Below, piece after piece: positions 11,936-19,978 of a stretch of DNA of 32,000 bases. This DNA comes from Pseudidiomarina andamanensis (GTDB lineage: Bacteria; Pseudomonadota; Gammaproteobacteria; Enterobacterales; Alteromonadaceae). The stretch's first letter is position 1; each line of letters starts with the position of its first letter. A program made the position numbers and the translations under genes. The DNA lies in the NCBI RefSeq assembly GCF_009734345.1, contig NZ_CP032551.1, positions 900,001 through 932,000 of the forward strand. Direction: 5' to 3'. The notes beneath the pieces are model-generated. The model worked only from the letters and a program-made list of their open reading frames with translations, was not told the origin of the DNA and made no database searches.

Positions 11936-13291
11936 ATGCGTCGGTTAATTTCTGTAATCGGTATCGTTTTTTTAAGTCAGCTCACCGGATGTGCGACATA
12001 CGGGGTTATCGACAACCAGTCGCAAACCGAAAGTGATGCGCCGAGAAACTATTCATTAATGAACTATGATGCAAATCATTCGCGCTCAGATGATATTACC
12101 TTAGTGTTAGCTTTTTCTGGTGGCGGGAGTCGAGCTGCAGCGTTGTCATACGGCGTGCTTGAAGGGCTTCGTGATACCACCATTACTATTGATGACGAAG
12201 AAGTAAAACTGCTCAATGAAGTCGATATGATCACCTCAGTTTCTGGCGGTAGCTTTACTGCCGCGTATTATGGTCTGCATGGCAACAAGATATTTGAAGA
12301 CTTTGAAAAAGATTTTCTGCGTCGAGATTATGTCTCCGAATGGTTGTATGGTGTGGCGAGTCCATTGCTGTGGTTTTCTGATAAAGGTCGTACCGATATC
12401 GCCACAAGAATTTATGAACAACGTTTATTCAAAGGTGCAACATTTGCTGATTTAAGTCAAAAAGATGGGCCTCTCATTTTAATTAACGCTTCCGACTTAG
12501 GAGGTGGCATTCGTTTTTCGTTTATTCAAGAGTACTTTGACCTACTCTGTTCCAATATTGCCAGCTTTCCCATTGCTCGAGCCGTCACGGCATCTTCAGC
12601 GGTTCCTGTGATGCTTAACCCAGTGGTCTTAAAGAATCACAAAGGTTGCTACAACCCTGCACAGAACTATCTCGAAGAACTCGATGAAACGCGCATTGAA
12701 GAAGCGAAACTCGCGCCACATTTAATCGAGACAGTAAAAACTCTCCGTAGCTATAAAAATCGCGACGAACGCCAGTACATCCATCTCGTTGACGGCGGCA
12801 TTACGGACAATTTAGGGCTGATGGCCTTTTATGAATTGGTTGAAATTGGCGGTGGCATCACCAATTTTATGGAGCGCATTGGTAGCAAGCCCTCCAAACG
12901 ATTGGTGATTATTTCTGTGAACGCGTCAACCAAGCCGCGTTACAATATTGAGCACACGAATGAGATACCTGATATCGAACCTACAATCAGTGCCGTTACC
13001 GACACTCAATTGCATCGCTACAATGCGGCAACCATTAGCTTGATTCGACGTAGTATGGAGCGTTGGTCAGACGAACTCTCGAACTTTTGGCAACCGATTG
13101 ATCCGTACTTTATTGAGATCAGTTTTGATGGCATCCAACAAGAAAGTCGACGTATTTTTCTTAATCAAATACCAACAAGCTTGTCGTTGAGTGAAGAGCA
13201 GGCGGATGAACTAACTAAAGTCGGTGTTGAGTTATTACAAAACAACACCGACTTTCAACGGTTACTGCACGATATCAAACGTGAACAATAA
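11936..13291 (+). CDS. Patatin-like phospholipase, predicted lipoprotein
   Basis: 451 aa. Lipobox LTGC, oxyanion motif FSGGGSRAAA, nucleophile GxSxG (VSGGS) and catalytic Asp motif DGGITDNLG. Confidence 0.85.
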   Translation: MRRLISVIGIVFLSQLTGCATYGVIDNQSQTESDAPRNYSLMNYDANHSRSDDITLVLAFSGGGSRAAALSYGVLEGLRDTTITIDDEEVKLLNEVDMITSVSGGSFTAAYYGLHGNKIFEDFEKDFLRRDYVSEWLYGVASPLLWFSDKGRTDIATRIYEQRLFKGATFADLSQKDGPLILINASDLGGGIRFSFIQEYFDLLCSNIASFPIARAVTASSAVPVMLNPVVLKNHKGCYNPAQNYLEELDETRIEEAKLAPHLIETVKTLRSYKNRDERQYIHLVDGGITDNLGLMAFYELVEIGGGITNFMERIGSKPSKRLVIISVNASTKPRYNIEHTNEIPDIEPTISAVTDTQLHRYNAATISLIRRSMERWSDELSNFWQPIDPYFIEISFDGIQQESRRIFLNQIPTSLSLSEEQADELTKVGVELLQNNTDFQRLLHDIKREQ

Positions 13292-13295
13292 GCCG

Positions 13296-14300
13296 TTATT
13301 GATTACTTAAACGTTGACCAAATGAAATGGCATAAGCTGCTGAGCGCATCGGTAATACCGGGTCATCACTAGGCTGAATACCGCGGACAACACGCATTGG
13401 GTCAAAGTTGATTGGCGTACAATTTTCACCGCCAGCAGCGGTAATCGTGATTTTGCCAACATGAACTCGTTCACGATCTTCCGGCCACAACACGGATGGA
13501 TCATTGGTAGGATCTTCTTCCGCGCCAATGGTCCAGTGCCAATCGAAACTCACCTCGCCGTCGGCCTCTAGTCGTTCCATTAATCGCTCAGCTAAAAACG
13601 TGGTCGGTAGCGATTTTTGCTCTTCTTGCGTTAAATACTCATTGCCTGAAGTTGGCACGAGTTGCCAACGAAACTTCTCACGCTGTTGCTCACCAGCAGC
13701 CCAAAACGCATGAATACCGTAATAATCCGCATTGGTATATTCGGTTGATGGCATTTTGCCTTTATTCCATTCTACCGCTGCTTGCATGGATGGATTTGCG
13801 GCGATGTACTTCGCAATATCTTCACGAGTCGCCTCACCACGCATGATTTTCAAATTCCATTGCAGCAAACCAAGGAAATGGTTAGGTGTACTGCCAGAAA
13901 ATAGCGCTGAGGTGATACCAGCAATATTGTGCTGCTGGTTATTCGGTAATTGAAATTGAATGCCAACACCTCGCGTACCCTGGCGTTCATCAGCTTCTGG
14001 ATTACCGCCGCCCATCGAAAAACGTAATGTGACAGGCACTTCGCCAGAATCAAATAAGGCCGTATTAAACCGGTCGGTTGCCGCTGCTGAAGGAGTGAAT
14101 TTTCCGGCAGCACAAACTCCCTTAGCATGAGCCTTTCGGAGCCCTGGATGGACACCATTTAATTCTTTAAATACAGCAATAAAATCTTGTGCATTTGCTG
14201 AAGCTGGTGGTGCGTATTTATGGTCGTCAGCCACCGCAACTGATGATGTAGCAAGAGCTAATGCCACGGCACCAGCCGATATTGAAAGTGCGTATTTCAT
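13296..14300 (-). CDS. Secreted catalase-related (small-subunit, SrpA-like) heme protein
   Basis: 334 aa with a signal peptide (AVALALATSSVAVA). Distal His motif HAKGVCAAGKF, RFS.GGG.P.ADE...TRG.GIQF, and a proximal Tyr motif near the C-terminus (RSAAYAISFGQR). Much shorter than monofunctional catalases. Confidence 0.8.
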   Translation of the reverse strand: MKYALSISAGAVALALATSSVAVADDHKYAPPASANAQDFIAVFKELNGVHPGLRKAHAKGVCAAGKFTPSAAATDRFNTALFDSGEVPVTLRFSMGGGNPEADERQGTRGVGIQFQLPNNQQHNIAGITSALFSGSTPNHFLGLLQWNLKIMRGEATREDIAKYIAANPSMQAAVEWNKGKMPSTEYTNADYYGIHAFWAAGEQQREKFRWQLVPTSGNEYLTQEEQKSLPTTFLAERLMERLEADGEVSFDWHWTIGAEEDPTNDPSVLWPEDRERVHVGKITITAAGGENCTPINFDPMRVVRGIQPSDDPVLPMRSAAYAISFGQRLSNQ

Positions 14301-14369
14301 GAAAGTAACCTTATTATCTGAAGTATCATTACTTTAGACTATGAAATACGCTTCTGCCCTACTTTTCGA

Positions 14370-14522
14370 TCAGTGCGATGACTGATGCTGCTCGTCTTCT
14401 GCTTCGGCTGCTTTCTTAATAAAGAATATCGCATAGAACACACACAAACCGATGACAATAGCGAGACCAGTGAGTGAGAAAAATAGGACTGGATCAGTGA
14501 AGAATTCGCGCAAAATATTCAT
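14370..14522 (-). CDS. Unannotated 50-aa single-pass membrane mini-protein (hypothetical)
   Basis: My own translation of the minus strand gives MNILREFFTDPVLFFSLTGLAIVIGLCVFYAIFFIKKAAEAEDEQHQSSH*. ATG at 14520-14522 is preceded by GGAG with about 7-nt spacing. One hydrophobic helix is followed by a KK anchor and an acidic tail. It is below the ORF-track size cut-off. No homology evidence is available. Confidence 0.45.
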   Translation of the reverse strand: MNILREFFTDPVLFFSLTGLAIVIGLCVFYAIFFIKKAAEAEDEQHQSSH

Positions 14523-14601
14523 AACCTTACTCCATTTGTGGTTTTATGAATATCTTAGTTTTCTTGTGGTTTTAAATATTGATGCCGATCAACTTTCGGT
14601 G

Positions 14602-15780
14602 CTACATCAATTGCGCATGAATCAAGAAGTTTCGTGGGGTTAACTGGTACGAACAAAACTCGCGAACTGCCACGTTGTAGCCAGATTCGCGCAAATACTC
14701 GGCTCTATCAAGCACCAGCATACTTTCCAGTGGCCGCCGGAACACATGACGAACGAATTCAAGACGAGCGACTTGAGATGCAGCCTGACGACCTTTCTCA
14801 AGAAACAATTGCCAATCAATACATTCCGGAAGCTGGATGTGATGCTGTTCAGCTGCCCACTGAACAAAATCTTTGAACTCACCCGAAAACCAGTGTTTAG
14901 CTACCGATGATAGCGGCTGATAGTAACGGTTACCGGTGATCCATTGATAAATCTCGTGGTAGGCCAAACGCCATTGCACCTCGGTGTGACGTAATCGTGC
15001 GACACGGGCACCAGCAGTTACTTGCCCTTGCACAGCGAGTTTCAAATGCTCTCGGGTTAAAGAAAGGTCATGCGCTTGCAGCGAAGCTTGTGCGCACTGA
15101 GAGAAGCCTATGTAGGTATCCCAGTCGGTTAAGTGATAACAACACGGCGCAATCATTAATTCAGCACAGCGCGTTGCAGCGCCCTGCTGTATCAATTTAA
15201 GATGCAAATCACCACAGGCATGCAATGCTACTGCGCAGCCAACGTTATTCCAAGTTGATGACAAGTCGTCTTTCATAACATCTGCGTGAATAAAGTTTTG
15301 CGGTAATTGATACTGTTGTGCGATTGACTGCCCACTCTCACATAGCTGCGACTGCCACTCAATACTAGTAACTTGACGATTTTGAGAAAAGGCTATTAAC
15401 CGACCTAAATGCCCTTTCCCCGAACACCATTCCAAAATAGATGTGTTACGTAACGGAAGCTGACTAATAAACGCTTTAATTTGCTCAATTTTCCTGCCAC
15501 CAATGCCATTTTCCAACCAAAATGGCACGGGCAATTTTTGAGAGGGGATTACTGTCGCAACTTCGGGTAGGTCATAAACTTCAGCGAACCAAGGTGCAAA
15601 AAACTCTCGCTGTAATTTGATATCGCTGTCGATATTTGCCAGCTCTTCATCGGTGGTAGCATCAAGCGCACCAATGAGAGTTTGTGGCCATGAATAGGTT
15701 GAATAATCTATATTTTGAAACGGTTGAAAGTTCCAAAACTGACGGAACTTTGCGAGCGTTTCAATGTACTGCGATAGCAT
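14602..15780 (-). CDS. SAM-dependent methyltransferase, Methyltransf_32 (METTL25-like) type
   Basis: 392 aa. SAM motif I ILEWCSGKGHLGR, followed by ALHACGDLH and APCCYH, which I recognise as signatures of the Methyltransf_32 family. Substrate unknown. Confidence 0.7.
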   Translation of the reverse strand: MLSQYIETLAKFRQFWNFQPFQNIDYSTYSWPQTLIGALDATTDEELANIDSDIKLQREFFAPWFAEVYDLPEVATVIPSQKLPVPFWLENGIGGRKIEQIKAFISQLPLRNTSILEWCSGKGHLGRLIAFSQNRQVTSIEWQSQLCESGQSIAQQYQLPQNFIHADVMKDDLSSTWNNVGCAVALHACGDLHLKLIQQGAATRCAELMIAPCCYHLTDWDTYIGFSQCAQASLQAHDLSLTREHLKLAVQGQVTAGARVARLRHTEVQWRLAYHEIYQWITGNRYYQPLSSVAKHWFSGEFKDFVQWAAEQHHIQLPECIDWQLFLEKGRQAASQVARLEFVRHVFRRPLESMLVLDRAEYLRESGYNVAVREFCSYQLTPRNFLIHAQLM

Positions 15781-15786
15781 AATAAA

Positions 15787-16281
15787 TTAGTGTTGTAAGG
15801 GAACAACTAAGCGCGTCACAACAAGCTCGCCATCACGAAATTGCAGCATGAAAACATCGCCATAATCACGTTCAGTTAGTTCAAATTCATGACCACCTAA
15901 CAACTTCACCAAAGCGGGTACGGTATTGCTATGCCCCACCACCAGGGCGTTCTGCCGCGCAGATAATATCCCTTGAGCTAACTGTTCTGCATCGCCCGCA
16001 CCATAGGTTGAAATCGTCAAATCGAATAGCTTTGCGGTAGGCTCTGCCGTTTCTTGAGCGCGGCGATATTTGGTTGCAAAAATCTGCTTGAGTTGTGTGT
16101 ACTGCAGTAGTTGTGCCAGATGATGAGCACGTTGACGACCTTTCGCAGACAATTGTGGATCACTTTGATCAGGAACTTTTTCGGCGTGGCGCGTCACATA
16201 AATAGTGAAAATATCAGCTGATTGCGCCATCGCATTGCCTCCGTAAACCAACATAAAAACTGCAACTAACCCGTACCACAT
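15787..16281 (-). CDS. Secreted histidine phosphatase superfamily protein (branch 1, SixA/PGM-like)
   Basis: 164 aa. Signal peptide (VFMLVYGGNAMA), catalytic RHAEK (RHG-type) motif, and a second His in VVGHSNTV. Confidence 0.75.
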   Translation of the reverse strand: MWYGLVAVFMLVYGGNAMAQSADIFTIYVTRHAEKVPDQSDPQLSAKGRQRAHHLAQLLQYTQLKQIFATKYRRAQETAEPTAKLFDLTISTYGAGDAEQLAQGILSARQNALVVGHSNTVPALVKLLGGHEFELTERDYGDVFMLQFRDGELVVTRLVVPLQH

Positions 16282-16770
16282 TTAATCAGATGCCTTCTTC
16301 TCTAGTTGCATCGCGATCATAGCAATGACCGTGAAAAGTTCATCATTCGCATCGCTGCTCGTTAATTCAACGCGGTGAGTATCACGAATCGAAATCAATT
16401 TCTCCGCAGCTTTCGCAATGAGTTTACCGTTGTGCATTATCGTAAAAGCGAGATCCAGCAAGTTACCTTTAAACGTTGCGCCATCATAAGGACCACCAGT
16501 AACCCAGTATTCGCGCTTGAGCGAAAAGAATTTACGTTGCAACATCATATCGCCAAGCTGACCACTGACTAGGAAAGTCGGGCGAATAGCAAATCGCTTA
16601 TGAATGATTTGTGCTAACTCGTTGTCATTGTTATCAAAGATGCGCCAGCGTCGCCGCAGGAGCGAAAACTCACCCTTCCCATAATAGCAAAGTTGACCTT
16701 GCTCATCGGTAATATCAATACGACCAAATAATGAAATGACTCGTGTTGAAACTGTTAAAGCCTTCGCCAT
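16282..16770 (-). CDS. LURP-one-related / YxjI-like (tubby C-terminal-like fold) protein
   Basis: 162 aa. The repeating beta-hairpin pattern resembles the bacterial LOR/YxjI family as I remember it: FSL.GR..I.DE.G...Y...GEFSL.RR.W.I.D......A.I. Its stop abuts the next start (TAAATG at 16279-16284). Confidence 0.55.
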   Translation of the reverse strand: MAKALTVSTRVISLFGRIDITDEQGQLCYYGKGEFSLLRRRWRIFDNNDNELAQIIHKRFAIRPTFLVSGQLGDMMLQRKFFSLKREYWVTGGPYDGATFKGNLLDLAFTIMHNGKLIAKAAEKLISIRDTHRVELTSSDANDELFTVIAMIAMQLEKKASD

Positions 16771-16832
16771 AATCGCCTCTTTTTATTCTTATTATTGCTT
16801 TCGTTATAACTTAATCAAAGAGTGCCACAGTT

Positions 16833-17366
16833 TTAGACTTTTCGGTAGCGATACAAGCATAGCTGTTCGTTTTCCGGCGTAGTCACCATACCATCGGTAT
16901 CAAATCCAAGCTTTTCTAGTAAACGTCGAGACGGCGTGTTATTTGGTTTAACAATCGCGTCTAAAACTTGAACGTTGCGTATCTGCGTTAAATACTCAAG
17001 CATCGCACTGGTTGCCTCGAAAGCGACGCCCTTTCCTCGGGCTCGCGTTAACAATGCATAGCCTAAATCCAGGTTCTCTAAATAATCGCGCTGAAGCACA
17101 CTCACCACGCCAAGCGGAATCTGCTCAGATTTTGAGTGAATAACCCATAAGCCCATATAATCAAATTTTTGGAGTTTAATAACATTGGTTTTGAGATAAC
17201 TTTCAGCCTGTTGCTCTGAGCGAACTTCGCGATCACCAATATTCTTCAAAAAGTCAGGATCATTTAATAATTCAAATAAGAAAGCCGCATCGTTCAAAGA
17301 CACCTGTCGTAGCTCTAAATTACTAGTATCAATTCGAATGGGAGATTTTGGGGTGCATACTGTCAT
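16833..17366 (-). CDS. GNAT family N-acetyltransferase (RimJ/RimL-like)
   Basis: 177 aa. L.LR.......D..FLFELLNDPDF at the N-terminus, and the acetyl-CoA motif-A region ARGKGVAFEA. Confidence 0.8.
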   Translation of the reverse strand: MTVCTPKSPIRIDTSNLELRQVSLNDAAFLFELLNDPDFLKNIGDREVRSEQQAESYLKTNVIKLQKFDYMGLWVIHSKSEQIPLGVVSVLQRDYLENLDLGYALLTRARGKGVAFEATSAMLEYLTQIRNVQVLDAIVKPNNTPSRRLLEKLGFDTDGMVTTPENEQLCLYRYRKV

Positions 17367-17386
17367 GCTCGTTGGAGGCTCAATTG

Positions 17387-17761
17387 TTAACTGAAAAAAG
17401 CGGGTTTAAAAAGAATCGCAACCCACACCACTATCATTAAAACTAAAGCGAAAAATACCGCAGCTGAAGCAATATCTTTTGCGCGACCACTCAATTCATG
17501 AAACTCGGCGCCTACTCGGTCGACAACAGCTTCTACCGCTGAGTTTAGCAGCTCTGTAATCACGACAATAAATAACGTCAGAATAAGCAGTAGACGCTCC
17601 GTCAAAGTCGCGTCAACAAGAATCGCCACAGGCACTAAAACGGCGCATAACAAAGCCTCTTGACGAAATGCTGCCTCATACTTCCACACCTGCGCAATAC
17701 CGCGCATGGAGTTAAAGGTGGCATGAATAATTCGATCGAATCCAGTTTTGTTCGCTTTCAT
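17387..17761 (-). CDS. dgkA: Diacylglycerol kinase
   Basis: 124 aa with three TM segments. Motifs G..RI..A...S..G......E.AFRQE and LLNSA.E.VVDR are typical of prokaryotic DgkA. Confidence 0.9.
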   Translation of the reverse strand: MKANKTGFDRIIHATFNSMRGIAQVWKYEAAFRQEALLCAVLVPVAILVDATLTERLLLILTLFIVVITELLNSAVEAVVDRVGAEFHELSGRAKDIASAAVFFALVLMIVVWVAILFKPAFFS

Positions 17762-17869
17762 ATACGGCCTCAGCTTTGGTTAACTCCAAGAGACTAAACG
17801 ATATTTCTTAAGCTTGCCTTAAGGCTTCTTAATTACCCTGATTTTATTAGAGAAACTAGGTAATAAATT

Positions 17870-19837
17870 ATGCTAAAGGCGCTTAAATCAGGAGCAACAA
17901 GTTACTACCCTGTGTTTATGTTCACAGTAAGTAGTCTCATTATGCTGAGTCTGTTTCGACTTGGCTATTTTATCTTGTTCGACGAACGGATTTTAGCCGC
18001 AACCGACCTGCCGAATTATTTTTTGCTGGGTATCCGTGCCGATATCATTCAAGTCGGTTATTTCACCCTGATTCCGTTGCTATTATTTCCGTTACTCAAT
18101 TCGTCACATTTTCACCACACCTGGGTGCGTTTCAGTTTATTATGGTTCGCCTTTTGTTTCAGCGTCATGTTGTTTATGGAAGTATCGACTCCGGCCTTTT
18201 TATTACAATATGACTCGCGTCCTAATCGCTTATTCTTCGAATATTTGCTTTATCCAAAAGAAGTCATCGGTACGCTGTGGCAAGGATTTCGTGGCTGGCT
18301 TTTAATAGGCGGCATTACTTTAACAATCACTATCTATTCCTTAACGATTGTCACGAAACATCTTTCTCACCGTTTACGAGCTCGAACACCACATCACGGT
18401 GTCGCTTGGCTACTTTGGCCCTTTATCGTCGTTATAACACTCTTCGGCATTCGGTCCACGTTAGCTCACCGTCCCGCTAATCCGGCATTTTTTGCTGTCA
18501 CCAGTGATGCCTTGGTGAATAGCTTGCTGATTAACTCGAGTTATTCTGTGGCCTATGCGGCCTACAATTTAAAGCATGAAGCTAAAGCGAACCGTGTGTA
18601 TGGAGATTTGAGTGACGAAAAAGTTATTCAAATCATAACTTCTGAGCCCCACTTACAACACGCTCAATTTCCTCTCAAGGACTATCCCACTGTTCATTTT
18701 CAGCCTGCTACGTCGCAACGCGAGCAGCCATTAAACATTGTCATCATTTTAGAAGAAAGCCTTGGCGCAACGTTTGTCGAATCGCTTGGAGGTATTGCAG
18801 CAACGCCGAACTTAGAACAACTCAAACAACATGGTTGGTGGTTTGAAAACCTTTATGCGACAGGTATTCGATCTGTTCGCGGTATTGAAGCCGTCGTTTC
18901 TGGGTTTCTCCCCTCGCGGGCGCGAAGCACAGTGAAACTATCTAATTCACAGCGCTACTTTTATACAATAGCGGATACGCTCAAGCGTGAAGGCTATCAC
19001 ACAGAATTTATCTACGGCGGTGAAGCCCATTTCGACAATATGGCGGCATTCTTTAGCGGCAACGGATTCAGCACTATCATTGACCAAGATGACTTCGAGA
19101 ACCCCTTATTCGTTGGAAGCTGGGGGGTTAGTGATCAAGATTTGTTTAAAAAACTACATGAGCGTCTGAATGCGGCGGAGCAACGTCATGAACCGACATT
19201 TACATTAGCGTTTAGCTCGTCGAATCATGAGCCATTTGAATTTCCAGACGGTGAGATAGGCCCGTTAGAGCAGCCGCAACATACGGTGAACAATGCTGTA
19301 AAATACGCCGACCACGCACTCGGTGAATTTTTCTCGCAAGCTATGCAGAGCAATTATTGGCAAAACACGTTATTTCTAGTGGTTGCCGATCACGATACTC
19401 GCGTTTATGGTGATGAGTTAATTCCGCTTTCTAAATTTCACATTCCTGGTGTCATTCTGGGCGCTGATATCTCGCCGCATAAAATCACTGCGGTCGCTAG
19501 CCAAATTGATCTTGCTCCAACACTTTTATCACTCGCTGGCGTGAGTGCCTACCTTCCAACATTAGGACAGGATTTGAGTCGTTCTGACATAGCACCAGCC
19601 AATCGTGCAATGATGCAATTCGGTGATAATTTTGGTTGGTTAGAAGGCAAAGATTTTACTGTTTTAACAACAGATAAAGAAACACATGAGTTCGTTTATG
19701 ATCGAGCTAAAAAACGACAGTTACCGTCAAATAAACCGTTATCGCCAAAACGCATAGAGCGGATTCAGGCTCATGCAATGGCATCATCTGTTTTGTATGA
19801 AAAGCGAGTTTATTATGTTCCCAAAGCCATGCCTTAA
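17870..19837 (+). CDS. Membrane-anchored sulfatase-fold transferase (LTA synthase / phosphoglycerol transferase MdoB-like family)
   Basis: 655 aa. About 5 N-terminal TM helices, then an alkaline-phosphatase-superfamily domain (IVIILEESLG...., GIRSVRGIEAV.SG, VVADHD). Divergent from dgkA. Confidence 0.8.
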   Translation: MLKALKSGATSYYPVFMFTVSSLIMLSLFRLGYFILFDERILAATDLPNYFLLGIRADIIQVGYFTLIPLLLFPLLNSSHFHHTWVRFSLLWFAFCFSVMLFMEVSTPAFLLQYDSRPNRLFFEYLLYPKEVIGTLWQGFRGWLLIGGITLTITIYSLTIVTKHLSHRLRARTPHHGVAWLLWPFIVVITLFGIRSTLAHRPANPAFFAVTSDALVNSLLINSSYSVAYAAYNLKHEAKANRVYGDLSDEKVIQIITSEPHLQHAQFPLKDYPTVHFQPATSQREQPLNIVIILEESLGATFVESLGGIAATPNLEQLKQHGWWFENLYATGIRSVRGIEAVVSGFLPSRARSTVKLSNSQRYFYTIADTLKREGYHTEFIYGGEAHFDNMAAFFSGNGFSTIIDQDDFENPLFVGSWGVSDQDLFKKLHERLNAAEQRHEPTFTLAFSSSNHEPFEFPDGEIGPLEQPQHTVNNAVKYADHALGEFFSQAMQSNYWQNTLFLVVADHDTRVYGDELIPLSKFHIPGVILGADISPHKITAVASQIDLAPTLLSLAGVSAYLPTLGQDLSRSDIAPANRAMMQFGDNFGWLEGKDFTVLTTDKETHEFVYDRAKKRQLPSNKPLSPKRIERIQAHAMASSVLYEKRVYYVPKAMP

Positions 19838-19978
19838 TTCTTGCGATTGTCACTCTCGATAATCGACGTGAACAAGAAAAGCTTACAGTGCGGTAATTTC
19901 TACCCGCAAAAAATTGCTTTCTTGGAATAATATGCCATTCTAAACCAATAACTTACTTAACATTTAAGGTTGTTGGTT

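Noticed and set aside
13291-13296. Convergent patatin and catalase-related genes separated by only 4 nt with no terminator
   Set aside because: The observation is real but not unusual in compact genomes. Unlike the 29-nt and 15-nt true overlaps elsewhere in the window, it does not by itself suggest a regulatory mechanism.
14452-14643. Plus-strand 63-aa ORF in the methyltransferase/catalase-related spacer
   Set aside because: It has no ribosome-binding site and runs antisense into the 3' end of the methyltransferase gene. The minus-strand 50-aa ORF in the same gap has a GGAG SD and a coherent membrane-protein sequence, so I prefer that one.
19839-19878. Imperfect inverted repeat (TTCTTG..CGATT...AATCG..CAAGAA) after the LtaS-like gene as a possible terminator
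   Set aside because: The stem is interrupted and AT-rich and is not followed by a U-run. The second small stem, TGCGG...CCGCA at about 19889-19909, is followed by an A-run, which is the wrong orientation for the plus-strand gene.
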